Notes: a model not told the origin generated them from the sequence alone. A stretch of DNA of 64,000 nt from Vulcanimicrobiota bacterium (GCA_963812135.1 CAWETU010000001.1:960001-1024000), one strand, 5' to 3'. Counted from the first letter of the stretch, positions 37,847 through 48,116 are shown. A program made the numbers and translations.

Positions 37847-39846
37847 GCGCCCTCAAGATGTGCGAGCGTTGCGGCAAGCAGCCGGCGACGGGCGCGACCC
37901 CCACGTTCAAAGACGGCCGCATCGGCGTGACCAGTTTGTGCGACCAGTGCATGGCGCTGCAAGCCAAGGGCAACATGCAATGGATGGGCGGCGCTGCGCT
38001 GGCCGCGCTGGCGCTCGGCGTCGGCGCCGCGCTCATCGGCGACCAGATGGCGCGCGCGAAACGCGATGAGATGGGCGGACCCGTCGCCGGCGTTCCGCCC
38101 GCGGCGCCGCGCCCCGCCGGCTTCCCGGGCACTGGCCGCACGCCGACGCTCAACTCGTTCTCGCGCGACCTCAGCCGCCAAGCGCTGGAAGGGCGTCTCG
38201 ATCCGGTCGTGGGCCGCGATGCCGAGATCGACCGCATCGTGCGCATCCTCGCGCGGCGCACCAAGAACAATCCCGTGCTCATCGGCGACGCGGGTGTGGG
38301 CAAGACCGCGATCGTCGAGGGTTTGGCGCAGCGCATCGTGCGCGGCGAAGTGCCGCGCGTGCTCGCCGGTAAGCGGATCCTCGCGCTGACGCTCGCCGGC
38401 GTGGTCGCCGGCACGAAATATCGAGGCGAGTTCGAGGCGCGACTGCATCGCATGCTCGACGAGCTGTCGCGCGCAAACGACGTCATCGTCTTCATCGACG
38501 AGCTGCACACGATCGTCGGCGCCGGCAGCGCCGAAGGCTCGACGGTCGACGCTGCCAATATGCTCAAGCCCGCGCTCGCGCGCGGCGAGATCCGCTGCAT
38601 CGGCGCGACGACGTTCGACGAATACCGCCGCTACATCGAGAGCGACGAAGCGCTCGAGCGCCGGTTCGCGCCGGTCGTCATCGACGAACCATCGCCGGAG
38701 AACGCGCTGCTGATGCTACGCGCCAGCCGCTCGCGGTACGAGCGCCACCATGGCGTGCAGATCGCCGAACCGACGCTTGCGGCCGCCGTGCACCTGGCCG
38801 CGCGTTACATCAGCGACCGCAACCTGCCCGACAAAGCCTTTGACGTGCTCGACGAAGCGGCCGCGCTCGTGTCGCTGCGCGGCGGCACAGAGGTGCGCGC
38901 GGAAGACGTGGCGCGGGTCGTCTCCGGCTGGACCGGAATTCCGGTGGAGACCGTCGCGAGCGTCGAGGCGACGCGTCTGCTCAATTTCGAGTCGCTGCTG
39001 CGCGAGCGGGTCGTCGGCCAGGACGAGGCCGTGCGCGCGGTCGCCGAGAGCGTACGGCGCGGAAGGGCCGGGATGAAAGAACATCGCGGTCCGATGGGCG
39101 CGCTGTTGTTCATCGGTCCGAGCGGCGTCGGCAAAACGGAACTCGCACGCGCATCTGCCGCCGCGCTGTTCGGCAGCGACGACGCGCTGCTGCGTTTCGA
39201 CATGTCCGAGTTTTCACAAGCCCAGTCGGCCACGCGGCTCGTCGGCGCGCCGCGCGGTTACGCCGGACACGAGCGCGCCGGCGAACTGACCGAGGCCGTC
39301 CGCCGGCGTCCGTACAGCGTCGTGCTGTTCGACGACATCGATCGCGCACACCCCGAGGTGCTCGACTTGCTCTTGCAGCTGCTCGACGACGGCCGCCTCA
39401 CCGATGCAAATTCGCGCGCCGTCGATTTCCGCAACTCGCTCGTGATCCTGACCGCGAACGCGCCGTCCGGCAGCGACTTCTCGCACTTGGGCGCTCGGTT
39501 CTCGCACGAGCTCGTCAACCGGCTCGACGACGCAGTGATGTTCCACCAGCTCGGGCGCGAGGACATCCGCGCCATCGCCGTTCGCCACGTGAAGAACGTC
39601 GCCGCGGCGGCGGCGGAGCAGGGCATCACGCTCATCGTGTCAGATGGAGCCCTCGACGCGATTGCCGCTGAGGCGGACGATCAGCGGCAAGGCGCTCGCC
39701 TCGTCCGGCGTGTCATCGAGCGCCGTTTGGGCGCGCCGCTCGCCAAGGCGGTGCTCGCCGGCACGTTCGCGCGCGGGCAGAGCGTGCGCGTCGACGTCGC
39801 CTCGCGCGGAGAATTGGAGCTGCACTTATGCGATTCGTCGTCCTGA
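37843..39846 (+). CDS. Clp/Hsp100 AAA+ ATPase with N-terminal Zn finger and hydrophobic segment
   Basis: [46 protein letters not shown]. Confidence 0.9.
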   Translation: MSALKMCERCGKQPATGATPTFKDGRIGVTSLCDQCMALQAKGNMQWMGGAALAALALGVGAALIGDQMARAKRDEMGGPVAGVPPAAPRPAGFPGTGRTPTLNSFSRDLSRQALEGRLDPVVGRDAEIDRIVRILARRTKNNPVLIGDAGVGKTAIVEGLAQRIVRGEVPRVLAGKRILALTLAGVVAGTKYRGEFEARLHRMLDELSRANDVIVFIDELHTIVGAGSAEGSTVDAANMLKPALARGEIRCIGATTFDEYRRYIESDEALERRFAPVVIDEPSPENALLMLRASRSRYERHHGVQIAEPTLAAAVHLAARYISDRNLPDKAFDVLDEAAALVSLRGGTEVRAEDVARVVSGWTGIPVETVASVEATRLLNFESLLRERVVGQDEAVRAVAESVRRGRAGMKEHRGPMGALLFIGPSGVGKTELARASAAALFGSDDALLRFDMSEFSQAQSATRLVGAPRGYAGHERAGELTEAVRRRPYSVVLFDDIDRAHPEVLDLLLQLLDDGRLTDANSRAVDFRNSLVILTANAPSGSDFSHLGARFSHELVNRLDDAVMFHQLGREDIRAIAVRHVKNVAAAAAEQGITLIVSDGALDAIAAEADDQRQGARLVRRVIERRLGAPLAKAVLAGTFARGQSVRVDVASRGELELHLCDSSS

Positions 39847-40097
39847 TCGACTACACAGATATGGACGCGCGCAACCGCGCCCTCGAGGCGCATCGCGCGT
39901 TTCTCGCGGCTGGTCGCGACGCCGGCACGGTCGTCGAGTCCGGTGCCTTCGCGGACGGCAAGGGCGGCATGTACGTGATCGAATCGCCCGACGAAGCCGC
40001 CGCGCGCGCATTCGTGGCGAGCGATCCATACAAGACCGACGCGAAACTCGCGATGACGATCCGCCAATGGCAGAGCGTGCGAGCAGACAAGAAATAG
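39828..40097 (+). CDS. YciI family protein
   Basis: R...LEAH..FL, SGAF, GGMYVIE, DPY. Confidence 0.82.
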   Translation: MRFVVLIDYTDMDARNRALEAHRAFLAAGRDAGTVVESGAFADGKGGMYVIESPDEAAARAFVASDPYKTDAKLAMTIRQWQSVRADKK

Positions 40098-40871
40098 GTG
40101 GCCGTTCCCTTCGACGCGGTCAAAGAGATGACCGATTCGCTCACCAAAGTCTTTGAACGCCGGAATTGGCTGCTGGGCGCCCCGGTTCTCGCGGGCATCT
40201 TCATCATGTATGTCGTGATCATCGTCGTGGGATTGATCGTGATCGGCCCGCAATGGTTCAAGATCATCGCCAGCGGCGGGTCGCAGACGCCTGATGTCAC
40301 GCCCGCCTTTGCCGTAAGCTTCGCGATCGGGATGACGGTGCTCGTGCTGTTCGTGCTCGCCGTGAACATGTTCACGTATGCCTGGACGCTGGGGGCGGCG
40401 GTCGGCGTGTGGCAAGGGCACGATCCGGCCTTCGATCGTGGCTTCAACCTCGCGGCCGTGAAACTCGTGCGGTTGGTCGCCTATCAGATCCTCATCGGCC
40501 TGCTCGCGATCGTCTCGATCATCACGATCGTAGGTCCGATCATCATCGGCGTGTTGTCGATCTATGGTCCGGCGTATATCGTGCTTGGCAACAGATCCGC
40601 GACCGCCGCGATCGGCGATTCATTTCGTCTTGCGAGCGAGAACATCGGCCCTACGGTCGTCCTGGTGCTGGGCTTCGTGGTGGCGGTCGTCGCTGCCATC
40701 ATCCCCGTGACGATCCTCGGACTCATTCCGGGCGTCGGCCTGGTCGTCCAGCTCGCGTTCCAATGGCTTTTCGCGGCATGGGTGGCGGTCGCCGTCGTGC
40801 GCTTCTACGAGCTGCTCACGATCACGACCGGGGAACCGCCCTTCGCGCTCGTCCCCGAGACGCGAGCCTAG
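40098..40871 (+). CDS. Hypothetical membrane protein, paralog of 43567-44340
   Basis: Multiple hydrophobic segments; shared N-terminus MAVxxDAVxE...RxNWxL and SAT.(A/S)I..S..L. Confidence 0.75.
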   Translation: MAVPFDAVKEMTDSLTKVFERRNWLLGAPVLAGIFIMYVVIIVVGLIVIGPQWFKIIASGGSQTPDVTPAFAVSFAIGMTVLVLFVLAVNMFTYAWTLGAAVGVWQGHDPAFDRGFNLAAVKLVRLVAYQILIGLLAIVSIITIVGPIIIGVLSIYGPAYIVLGNRSATAAIGDSFRLASENIGPTVVLVLGFVVAVVAAIIPVTILGLIPGVGLVVQLAFQWLFAAWVAVAVVRFYELLTITTGEPPFALVPETRA

Positions 40872-41773
40872 GCCGAGTAGTTCTTCAACATCTCGTGGAT
40901 GCGCGTGGTGATGGCGAGCGAGTCATCCCACTTGCGCTGCCACAGGTTGCGGCCGAAGATGAGGCCCGTGACGCCGGCATCCATCGCGAGCCGCGCCTTG
41001 TGCAGCAGATCCTCATCGCTCACCTTGCTGCCGCCCGAGATCAGCACGAGCGTCTTGCCGGCGGATCGCACGACCTTCGCGATGGCTTCCTCTTCCGATA
41101 GATTGAGCGTGTTGTACGGTTTGGGCTGCTTCTCGAGATTCTCGCCGATCTTCGGCACGTTGAGCTTCACCACGTCGGCCCCGAGCTCGCAGGCGAGCCG
41201 CGCCGCATAGTCCACCGCATACAACGTATCTTGTCCGCCCTTTTCCTTGATCGCCTTGCCGCGCGGATACGACCACACGACGAGCGGCATGCCGTGGCGC
41301 TCGCAGGAGCTGCGGACCATATCGAGCTGCGCGATGTCGTCGTCCTGGCGCGGGCTGCCCACGTAGAGCGTGTAGCCGACGGCGTCGGCTCCGAGGCGCA
41401 CTGCGTCCTCGACGCTCGAGGTCATCGGAGAGAAGGGCTCGTCGTCGGACGGGACGTTCGTCTTGCCGTTGATCTTGAGCAACAGCGGTATTTTGCCGGC
41501 GTACGGCTGGAAATATTTCTCGGCCAGACCGATGTGGCACGCGACGCCGGAGTATTTGCCCTCGATCGCCAGCCGGAAGATGTAGTCCATGTCGATGCTG
41601 TCCGGATTGTCGAAGAAATCGACCGGGCCGTGCTCGATGCCCTGATCGATGGGCAAGAACAGCAGCGTGCCGTTCGCGGGGCCGTATTCGTAGAGCATGC
41701 GATACAGCCGGGCGCGCTTGCCCGCCGGCAGCGCGAGATCATCGATCGTCGGACGACGGACCTTGGTCAACAT
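40868..41773 (-). CDS. Class I fructose-bisphosphate aldolase (DhnA/FbaB type)
   Basis: LPIDQGIEHGP, LGADAVGYT, WSYPRG, ELGADVVK, FGRNLWQ. Confidence 0.92.
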   Translation of the reverse strand: MLTKVRRPTIDDLALPAGKRARLYRMLYEYGPANGTLLFLPIDQGIEHGPVDFFDNPDSIDMDYIFRLAIEGKYSGVACHIGLAEKYFQPYAGKIPLLLKINGKTNVPSDDEPFSPMTSSVEDAVRLGADAVGYTLYVGSPRQDDDIAQLDMVRSSCERHGMPLVVWSYPRGKAIKEKGGQDTLYAVDYAARLACELGADVVKLNVPKIGENLEKQPKPYNTLNLSEEEAIAKVVRSAGKTLVLISGGSKVSDEDLLHKARLAMDAGVTGLIFGRNLWQRKWDDSLAITTRIHEMLKNYSA

Positions 41774-41802
41774 CGAAGAGCCTCCAAGCGTATGGATTTG
41801 CC

Positions 41803-41825
41803 GGTCGGATAAATTCGACCGCTAC
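41803..41825 (-). repeat. Family A REP-like palindrome, intergenic
   Basis: GGTCGGATAAATTCGACCGCTAC. Confidence 0.82.
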
Positions 41826-41837
41826 CGGCGTCTGCCT
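41813..41837 (-). promoter_or_regulatory. Sigma-H-like promoter whose GAAT lies inside the REP copy
   Basis: Minus-strand AGG 41837-41835 and GAAT 41816-41813, upstream of the aldolase start. Confidence 0.4.
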
Positions 41838-41883
41838 GCGTCTTGCAAGAAGAATGCGGCACCACGCGTCTAAGCTACGCAGC

Positions 41884-42897
41884 GTGGAGTTGTTCGACAT
41901 CACCGTCATCGGCGGCGGCCCAAGCGGCCTGTTCGCCCTGTTCTACGCCGGCATGCGCGGCGCCAAAGCGAAGGTCATCGACGCGTTGCCCGAGCTCGGC
42001 GGCCAGCTCTACGCGTTGTATCCCGAGAAGTACATCTACGACATGCCGGGCATCCCGGCGATCCTCGGTCAGGCGTTGGTCGACGCCTGCGTGGAGCAAG
42101 CGTTCCAATGGCCGCACGCCAAGTGCTTGGAAGAGCGCGTCGTCCACATCGAGCGTCTAGCCGATAACACCATCAAGATCGTCACCGACAAGGCGGAACA
42201 TCTCAGCCGCAGCGTGATCCTCGCGTCGGGCATCGGCGCGTTCACGCCGCGCAAGTTGGCCGCGCCGACGGCCGCTGCGTTCGAGAACAAAGGCCTCTGG
42301 TACTATGCGCGCAGCTTCGACGATTTCGCGGGCAAACGCGTCGTCGTCGTCGGCGGCGGCGACTCCGCGGTCGACTATGCGCTCGCGCTGGCGCCCCGCG
42401 CTGCCGCGCTGTCCGTCGTGCACCGCTCGCCATTCCGCGCGCATCCCCACAGCGTCGAGCAGCTGCGCGCCACCAATGCGACGCTGTACCAGCCCGATCA
42501 CGAGATCAAGGAAGTTCACGGCGACAGTCTCGTGGCGGGCGTCACGATCCAACACACGAAGACGAAAGCCGAGATCGTGCTCGAATGCGACGCGGTGCTG
42601 TGCGCGCTCGGTTTCGTTTCGGACTTGGGCGAAGTCAAGAAATGGGGCATCGAACTGGAAGGCAACGGGATCAAAGTCGACACCGCCACGCAAGAGACCA
42701 GCGTGAAGGGCATCTACGCCGCGGGGGACGTCATCTCGCATCCCGGTAAGCTCAAACTCATCGCGTGCGGCACGTCCGAAGCGGCGATCGCGGTCAACCA
42801 GGCGATGAACTACATGGATCCGACGCAAAAAGTGCAGCCGGTACATTCGAGCAACCTGACGCTGCCGATCTCCGCCAAGGTCGGGGCGCAGCCCTGA
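41884..42897 (+). CDS. Ferredoxin-NADP+ reductase (TrxR-type, YumC-like)
   Basis: IGGGPSG, GGQLYALYPEKYIYD, GGGDSAVD, IYAAGD, KLKLIA; lacks the TrxR CxxC; start 41884 or 41854. Confidence 0.88.
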   Translation: MELFDITVIGGGPSGLFALFYAGMRGAKAKVIDALPELGGQLYALYPEKYIYDMPGIPAILGQALVDACVEQAFQWPHAKCLEERVVHIERLADNTIKIVTDKAEHLSRSVILASGIGAFTPRKLAAPTAAAFENKGLWYYARSFDDFAGKRVVVVGGGDSAVDYALALAPRAAALSVVHRSPFRAHPHSVEQLRATNATLYQPDHEIKEVHGDSLVAGVTIQHTKTKAEIVLECDAVLCALGFVSDLGEVKKWGIELEGNGIKVDTATQETSVKGIYAAGDVISHPGKLKLIACGTSEAAIAVNQAMNYMDPTQKVQPVHSSNLTLPISAKVGAQP

Positions 42898-43514
42898 TCG
42901 CACTCATCGCAGCGCTGGCGATCCAGGGCGGGCCGCAACAAGGCATCTCCGCCATCCTGCACAAAATGGCGGCGGCGAACGCGTCTGTCCGCACGTACAA
43001 AGTTCACATCCACTTCGACGCCAAGGTGCGTTCGTTCGTCTCGTTGCCGCTGTCGCTCAATGCGGTGCTCTACTTCAAGCGTCCGGACAAGACGCAGATC
43101 GTCTTCGAATCGGTGCCGCAGCTGGCCAAGGGATTCCAAAACTTCTACGCGTCGACCGGCACTCCGGCGACGTGGCCGAAAACGTACATCGTCACGCTCG
43201 AACCGCTCGACCCGGGTCAGACGAACACGGTCACGCTGCGCTTGACGCCGCGCAACTCCAGCAACCTCGATCACGCGCTGATGACGGTGGACAGCACGAC
43301 CTGGGGGATCGTCATCCAGCAGTGGTACTACAAGGACGGTTCCACCATCAACGAGACGCAGTTCAACGAAGTGACGCCGGCCTACGTGCTGCCCGACCGC
43401 CAATTGGCGGACTTCGATTTTCCGAAATACAAAGCGCACGTCGAGGCCACATACGAACCGTACGAGATCAACGTGCCGATTCCGGACTCGATCTTCAAGA
43501 CGCCGCAACAATAA
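42894..43514 (+). CDS. Secreted LolA-like fold protein
   Basis: Signal-like LIALIAALAIQG; YFKRPDK and LRLTP pattern; probable CTG start overlapping the upstream stop. Confidence 0.6.
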   Translation: MIALIAALAIQGGPQQGISAILHKMAAANASVRTYKVHIHFDAKVRSFVSLPLSLNAVLYFKRPDKTQIVFESVPQLAKGFQNFYASTGTPATWPKTYIVTLEPLDPGQTNTVTLRLTPRNSSNLDHALMTVDSTTWGIVIQQWYYKDGSTINETQFNEVTPAYVLPDRQLADFDFPKYKAHVEATYEPYEINVPIPDSIFKTPQQ

Positions 43515-43515
43515 G

Positions 43516-43542
43516 AAAGGCCGGCGCTCACCGCCGGCCTTT
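43516..43542. terminator. Bidirectional terminator hairpin
   Basis: AAAGGCCGGCG-CTCAC-CGCCGGCCTTT between convergent genes. Confidence 0.8.
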
Positions 43543-43566
43543 GCTCACGCTTGCGCGGACTAGCCT

Positions 43567-44340
43567 TTACGTGGTCGTCGCGGGCGGCGCCGCCGCTGCC
43601 GGGGTTCCGGTCAGCAGGTTGTACCAGCGCATGATCGCGAGGATATTGAAAGCACCTATCAATGCGCCCACTGCGATCTGCACGATCCATCCGAGCAACG
43701 GGATGAGGCCGAAGATGCCGCTGACCAGCCCGGCCACGAACCCGATGATGATAAGCGCGACGATGAGCATCGCGGTCGTCCCTAGGTTGGCCTTCGAGAG
43801 GTTGATCGACGCGCTGATCGAGCCTGTGGCGCTCTCATTACCTTGCATGATGTACGGAAGAGAGTACATGCAGAACAGAAGGACCAGAATCGGCACGATG
43901 ATCGTCCAACCCAAGAAAAGGAAGACGACGCCGAAGATGAGGCCGAGGATGATCAGCTGCGGAAGCTTGGCCATCGCTTTGCTGAAGCTGGCGCTGATAT
44001 CCGGGTCGCCACCCTGCCACACCGGTTCTGCCGCCGCATAGGCCCATGCATATCCGAACGTTCCAGCGACGACGGCCACGACTATTGCCACGAGGAACAA
44101 CAGGCCGAGACCGCTGAACAGCATCGCGAACAACCCGCCCGCCCGGTTGTCGCCGCTTGCCAACCCCGCCGCGCCGCCGGCCATCAACGAGCCGAACGCT
44201 ATCGCGCCGCAGATCCCCACGATGATCCCCGCGACGGCGAGCCCGACTAGGATCGGGAGAGCCAGCATCCAGTTCTTCCTCTGGAAGAGCAGCTGGAACG
44301 TCTTTTGGATTTCCGCGACCGCGTCGATTTGAACAGCCAT
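43567..44340 (-). CDS. Hypothetical membrane protein, paralog of 40098-40871
   Basis: AGGAGG RBS before ATG 44340; multiple hydrophobic segments. Confidence 0.78.
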   Translation of the reverse strand: MAVQIDAVAEIQKTFQLLFQRKNWMLALPILVGLAVAGIIVGICGAIAFGSLMAGGAAGLASGDNRAGGLFAMLFSGLGLLFLVAIVVAVVAGTFGYAWAYAAAEPVWQGGDPDISASFSKAMAKLPQLIILGLIFGVVFLFLGWTIIVPILVLLFCMYSLPYIMQGNESATGSISASINLSKANLGTTAMLIVALIIIGFVAGLVSGIFGLIPLLGWIVQIAVGALIGAFNILAIMRWYNLLTGTPAAAAPPATTT

Positions 44341-44512
44341 TGCGCCTCCTAAAGCGATGCGACGAGAACCAGAACAAGACAAACTTCGTCATCGGAACAA
44401 AGCTTGGCTCATGCATACCCGGCGGTCGCTCGCTTCACCTCCGTTCGGCCGGGGCCGGGAATCCCTAGCCCTCCCGCAGAATGGAAACATTCCAACGCCC
44501 CGGAGTCACATT

Positions 44513-45301
44513 TTGACCGACCACCTGCAGCTTGGCGGCCGCGCCTTCGAGTCGCGCCTCATCGTCGGCACCGGCAAGTTCTCGAGCCCCGAAGTCATGG
44601 CGGACGCGCTTGCCGCGGCGCGCACGCAGCTTGTCACGGTCGCGTTGCGGCGGGTCGACTTGGATGCGCCCTCCAATCCCATCACCGACTTCATCGACCG
44701 CGAGCGCTACCTCATCATGCCGAACACGTCGGGCGCGACCGACGCGGCCGAAGCCGTGCGCCTTGCCAAGCTCGCGCGCTCGGCCGGACTGCCGCCGTGG
44801 ATCAAGGTGGAGGTCATCCCCGACCCCCGCTACCTCATGCCCGATCCGATCGAGACGCTCAAGGCGTGCGAGGCGCTGGTGGCCGACGGCTTCGTGGTGC
44901 TGCCGTACATCCACGCGGATCCGGTCCTCGCCAAGCGGCTCGAAGAGGTCGGCGTCGCCGCCGTGATGCCGCTCGCCGCTCCGATCGGCTCCGGCCGAGG
45001 CTTGAAGATGGAGACCGCAATCGCGATCATCATCGAGCAAGCGACGGTGCCGGTCGTCGTCGACGCCGGTTTGGGCGTGCCTTCGCATGCATCGGCTGCG
45101 ATGGAGATGGGCGCCGACGCCGTGCTCGTGAACACCGCGATCGCGGCTGCCGCCAATCCCGTGCGCATGGCGCGCGCGTTCGCGCTCGGCGTCGAGGCAG
45201 GACGCATGGCGTGGCTGGCTGGCCGGGCTGCTGAATTGTCGAGCGCGTCGGCATCGAGCCCGCTCACCGGATTCTTGGGCCCATCGGAGACCCGGCGATG
45301 A
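44513..45301 (+). CDS. thiG: Thiazole synthase
   Basis: [41 protein letters not shown] 44513 with GGAG. Confidence 0.95.
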   Translation: MTDHLQLGGRAFESRLIVGTGKFSSPEVMADALAAARTQLVTVALRRVDLDAPSNPITDFIDRERYLIMPNTSGATDAAEAVRLAKLARSAGLPPWIKVEVIPDPRYLMPDPIETLKACEALVADGFVVLPYIHADPVLAKRLEEVGVAAVMPLAAPIGSGRGLKMETAIAIIIEQATVPVVVDAGLGVPSHASAAMEMGADAVLVNTAIAAAANPVRMARAFALGVEAGRMAWLAGRAAELSSASASSPLTGFLGPSETRR

Positions 45302-46431
45302 GATTCTCGCAATCGTTTTCGCCTGACTACACGCGCGAGCTGCTGCAACGCAGCGCGCGCGCCTCGCGCGACGCGGTACTCGCGGCCGCCGTCAGCGGCG
45401 CGCCGACGTTCGAAGACGCGGCCACGCTGTTATCGCCTGCGGCGGATGGGCTGCTCGAGGAGTTCGCGGCGTTGGCGCATCGCGCCACGGTCGCGCGTTT
45501 CGGGCGCACGATCGGGATGTTCGCCCCGCTGTATCTATCCAACGAATGCGTCTGCACGTGCACCTACTGCGGCTTTTCGATGGGCCTGCCCATCAAACGG
45601 CGCACGCTGCGCATCGACGAGGTCGCGCGCGAGGCTCGCACGCTCGCGGAGCGGGGCATCCGCAACATCTTGCTGGTCTCCGCGGAGCATCCCAAGCACG
45701 TCAACGCGGAGTACGTCGCGCTGTGCGTGCGCGAGACCAAACTGGTCGCGCCGTACGTGGCGCTCGAGATCGCCGCCGCCGAGGAGCCTGATTACGTGCG
45801 CTACGTCGCCGCCGGCTGCGACGGTGTCGTCCTCTATCAAGAGACGTACGATCCCGAATCCTACGCCGCGCATCACCTGGGTGGTCCGAAGAAGCACTAC
45901 GCGTCGCGCCTGGATGCGCCCGAGCGTGCGTCGCGCGCGGGGATGCGGCACCTCGGCATCGGCGCGTTGCTCGGCTTATCCGACTGGCGTTTCGAAGCCC
46001 TCGCGCTGCTCCAGCACGCGCGTTGGTTGGAACGTCACTGCTGGCGATCGCAGATCAACCTGTCGCTGCCGCGGATCAATCCGGCCGAGGGCGGCTACTC
46101 GCCCAAGCATCCGGTGAACGACCGCGATTTCGTCCACATCTTGACCTTCTTGCGGTTGGCGCTGCCAACGGCCGGCATCGCGCTCTCCACGCGAGAGCTG
46201 CCGGAGTTGCGCGACCAGCTCGTGCCGCTAGGCATCACGCTGATGAGCGCGGGCTCGAGCACCGAACCCGGCGGCTACGGCGAACCCGGCGCGGCCGGCG
46301 AGCAGTTCGAGCTTGAGGATCTGCGCACGCCTGCTCAAGTGGCGCAGCGCCTGCGCGAGCTCGGCTACGACCCCGTGTTCAAGGATTGGGAAGTCATGGC
46401 CGCTACGCAAGCAGGTGTGGCGGCACGCTGA
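45298..46431 (+). CDS. thiH: 2-iminoacetate synthase (radical SAM)
   Basis: [39 protein letters not shown]. Confidence 0.93.
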   Translation: MRFSQSFSPDYTRELLQRSARASRDAVLAAAVSGAPTFEDAATLLSPAADGLLEEFAALAHRATVARFGRTIGMFAPLYLSNECVCTCTYCGFSMGLPIKRRTLRIDEVAREARTLAERGIRNILLVSAEHPKHVNAEYVALCVRETKLVAPYVALEIAAAEEPDYVRYVAAGCDGVVLYQETYDPESYAAHHLGGPKKHYASRLDAPERASRAGMRHLGIGALLGLSDWRFEALALLQHARWLERHCWRSQINLSLPRINPAEGGYSPKHPVNDRDFVHILTFLRLALPTAGIALSTRELPELRDQLVPLGITLMSAGSSTEPGGYGEPGAAGEQFELEDLRTPAQVAQRLRELGYDPVFKDWEVMAATQAGVAAR

Positions 46432-46637
46432 TGTCAGTCGCGTTTTCTGCCAACGGCAAAGCGCGCAGCGCCGCGCACGGCACGACGATCGCCGATCTGC
46501 TGGCGTGCGCCTCGCTCGAGCCGCTGCAGGTGTTCATCGAATACAACGGCGAGCCGTTGGAGCGCGATCGCTTCGCCTCAACCGTGATCGGCCCCGGCGA
46601 CAGGATTGAGATCGCGCAAATGGTCGGCGGCGGGTGA
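46431..46637 (+). CDS. thiS: Thiamine sulfur carrier
   Basis: ANG, EYNGE, GDRIEIAQMVGGG. Confidence 0.9.
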   Translation: MSVAFSANGKARSAAHGTTIADLLACASLEPLQVFIEYNGEPLERDRFASTVIGPGDRIEIAQMVGGG

Positions 46638-47293
46638 GCACGATCGCGCGAGCGCGCTGCGCCCAGGTGCGTCTCTATTTGATCATGGACGCGGTCACGC
46701 ACAGGTCGCCGGAGCGTTTTCTTGCGGCGGCGATCGCGGGCGGCGTCGACATGGTGCAGCTGCGCGAAAAGACTCTCGGGGATGGCGCGATTCTCTCGTA
46801 CGCGCAGCGCTGCGCAAGCGTGTGCCAGCAGCGTGGCGTGCCGTTCATCGTCAACGACCGCGCCGATATCGCGCTCGCGGCCTGCGCGGACGGCGTGCAC
46901 CTCGGTCAAGACGATATACCGGTTGGCGATGCGAAACTGCTGCTCGGCCCCGGTTCGATCGTCGGCATTTCGACACATGACGAGCGACAGATCGACGCGG
47001 CGCAGGACGCGGATTACTTGGGTGTCGGCCCCATTTTCGAAACGCCGACAAAACCGGGGCGTCCAGCAGTCGGCACCGATCTCGTGCGTTTCGCAGCCGC
47101 GAACGCGAAAGCGCCGTTTTTCCCGATCGGCGGGCTCGATCCATCGAACGTCGGCGATGTGATTCGCGCGGGTGCGCACGGCGTCTCGGCCCATCGATGG
47201 ATCATGCGAGCGGACGATCCGGCTCGTGCTGCACGCGAGATGATCGCGGCGATTGACGCGGCAAGCCCGCGTGCAGGCATCGGGGCCGAATGA
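46634..47293 (+). CDS. thiE: Thiamine phosphate synthase
   Basis: VQLREK, IVNDRAD, GVHLGQDD, GISTH, TPTKP. Confidence 0.94.
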   Translation: MSTIARARCAQVRLYLIMDAVTHRSPERFLAAAIAGGVDMVQLREKTLGDGAILSYAQRCASVCQQRGVPFIVNDRADIALAACADGVHLGQDDIPVGDAKLLLGPGSIVGISTHDERQIDAAQDADYLGVGPIFETPTKPGRPAVGTDLVRFAAANAKAPFFPIGGLDPSNVGDVIRAGAHGVSAHRWIMRADDPARAAREMIAAIDAASPRAGIGAE

Positions 47294-47868
47294 AAAAGCT
47301 CGATCCCGAGCTCGACAAACGGCTGCCGCCCGGCCAGTACTTCGTGCGGGACTTCCCGGTCTTGCACGTCGGCTCAGCGCCGGCGTTCGATCCGCAGAAG
47401 TGGCGCTTTCGGATTTTCGGCGAGGTCGATCATCCCGCAGAGCTGACGTGGGCGCAGTTCATCGCGTTGCCTACGAAAACCGTGAAGACCGATATCCATT
47501 GCGTGACGCGCTGGACGAAATTCGACACGACGTGGCGCGGCGTGCCGTTCGCCGAGATCGCGAAGATGGCGGGCCTGCACCCGAGCGTCAAGTTCGTCGT
47601 CACCCACGGCGCCAACGCATACACCGCCAACGTGCCGCTCTCCATCGCGCTAGCCGACGACGTGCTGTTCGCTTACGAATACGAGGGCAAACCGCTCGAA
47701 CCGATCCACGGCGGACCAATGCGCATGTTCGTGCCGTCGCGCTATTTTTGGAAAAGCTCGAAGTGGTGCAACGGCGTCGAGTTCACCAACGACGATAAGC
47801 CCGGGTTTTGGGAAACCCGTGGCTACAACAACGACGCCGATCCTTGGAAAGAGGAGCGGTACTGGTGA
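47290..47868 (+). CDS. Sulfite oxidase-like molybdopterin oxidoreductase (YuiH-like)
   Basis: RLPPGQ, DIHCVTRW, HGGPMR, YFWKSSKW, GFWE.RGY. Confidence 0.9.
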   Translation: MKKLDPELDKRLPPGQYFVRDFPVLHVGSAPAFDPQKWRFRIFGEVDHPAELTWAQFIALPTKTVKTDIHCVTRWTKFDTTWRGVPFAEIAKMAGLHPSVKFVVTHGANAYTANVPLSIALADDVLFAYEYEGKPLEPIHGGPMRMFVPSRYFWKSSKWCNGVEFTNDDKPGFWETRGYNNDADPWKEERYW

Positions 47869-48066
47869 CTACGGCGGGGTTGTGCCCGATTCGTCCCAGG
47901 GGTGCGTTGCCGGCTCGCGCTCGGCGACGGTAAAGCCAGCCGCGCGAGCGTTGGGTTCGCATCGGTCGCAGACCTTGACGGTCTCGACCTTGCGCTGCTC
48001 GTAGCGGTGGGCAAAAAAATGGCTGCCAATATCCTTTTGGCTGCCGCAAAAGGCGCATCTGGACAT
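47869..48066 (-). CDS. Small putative zinc-finger protein (65 aa)
   Basis: CAFC...CDRC; ATG 48066; stop abuts the convergent gene. Confidence 0.55.
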   Translation of the reverse strand: MSRCAFCGSQKDIGSHFFAHRYEQRKVETVKVCDRCEPNARAAGFTVAEREPATHPWDESGTTPP

Positions 48067-48116
48067 TCTGCACGTATGACCGGATTTTCGCCCGAACGTT
48101 ACAAAGAAAGCAGGCC

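Noticed and set aside
44341..44512. TPP riboswitch upstream of thiG
   Set aside because: Conserved aptamer motifs not found by eye
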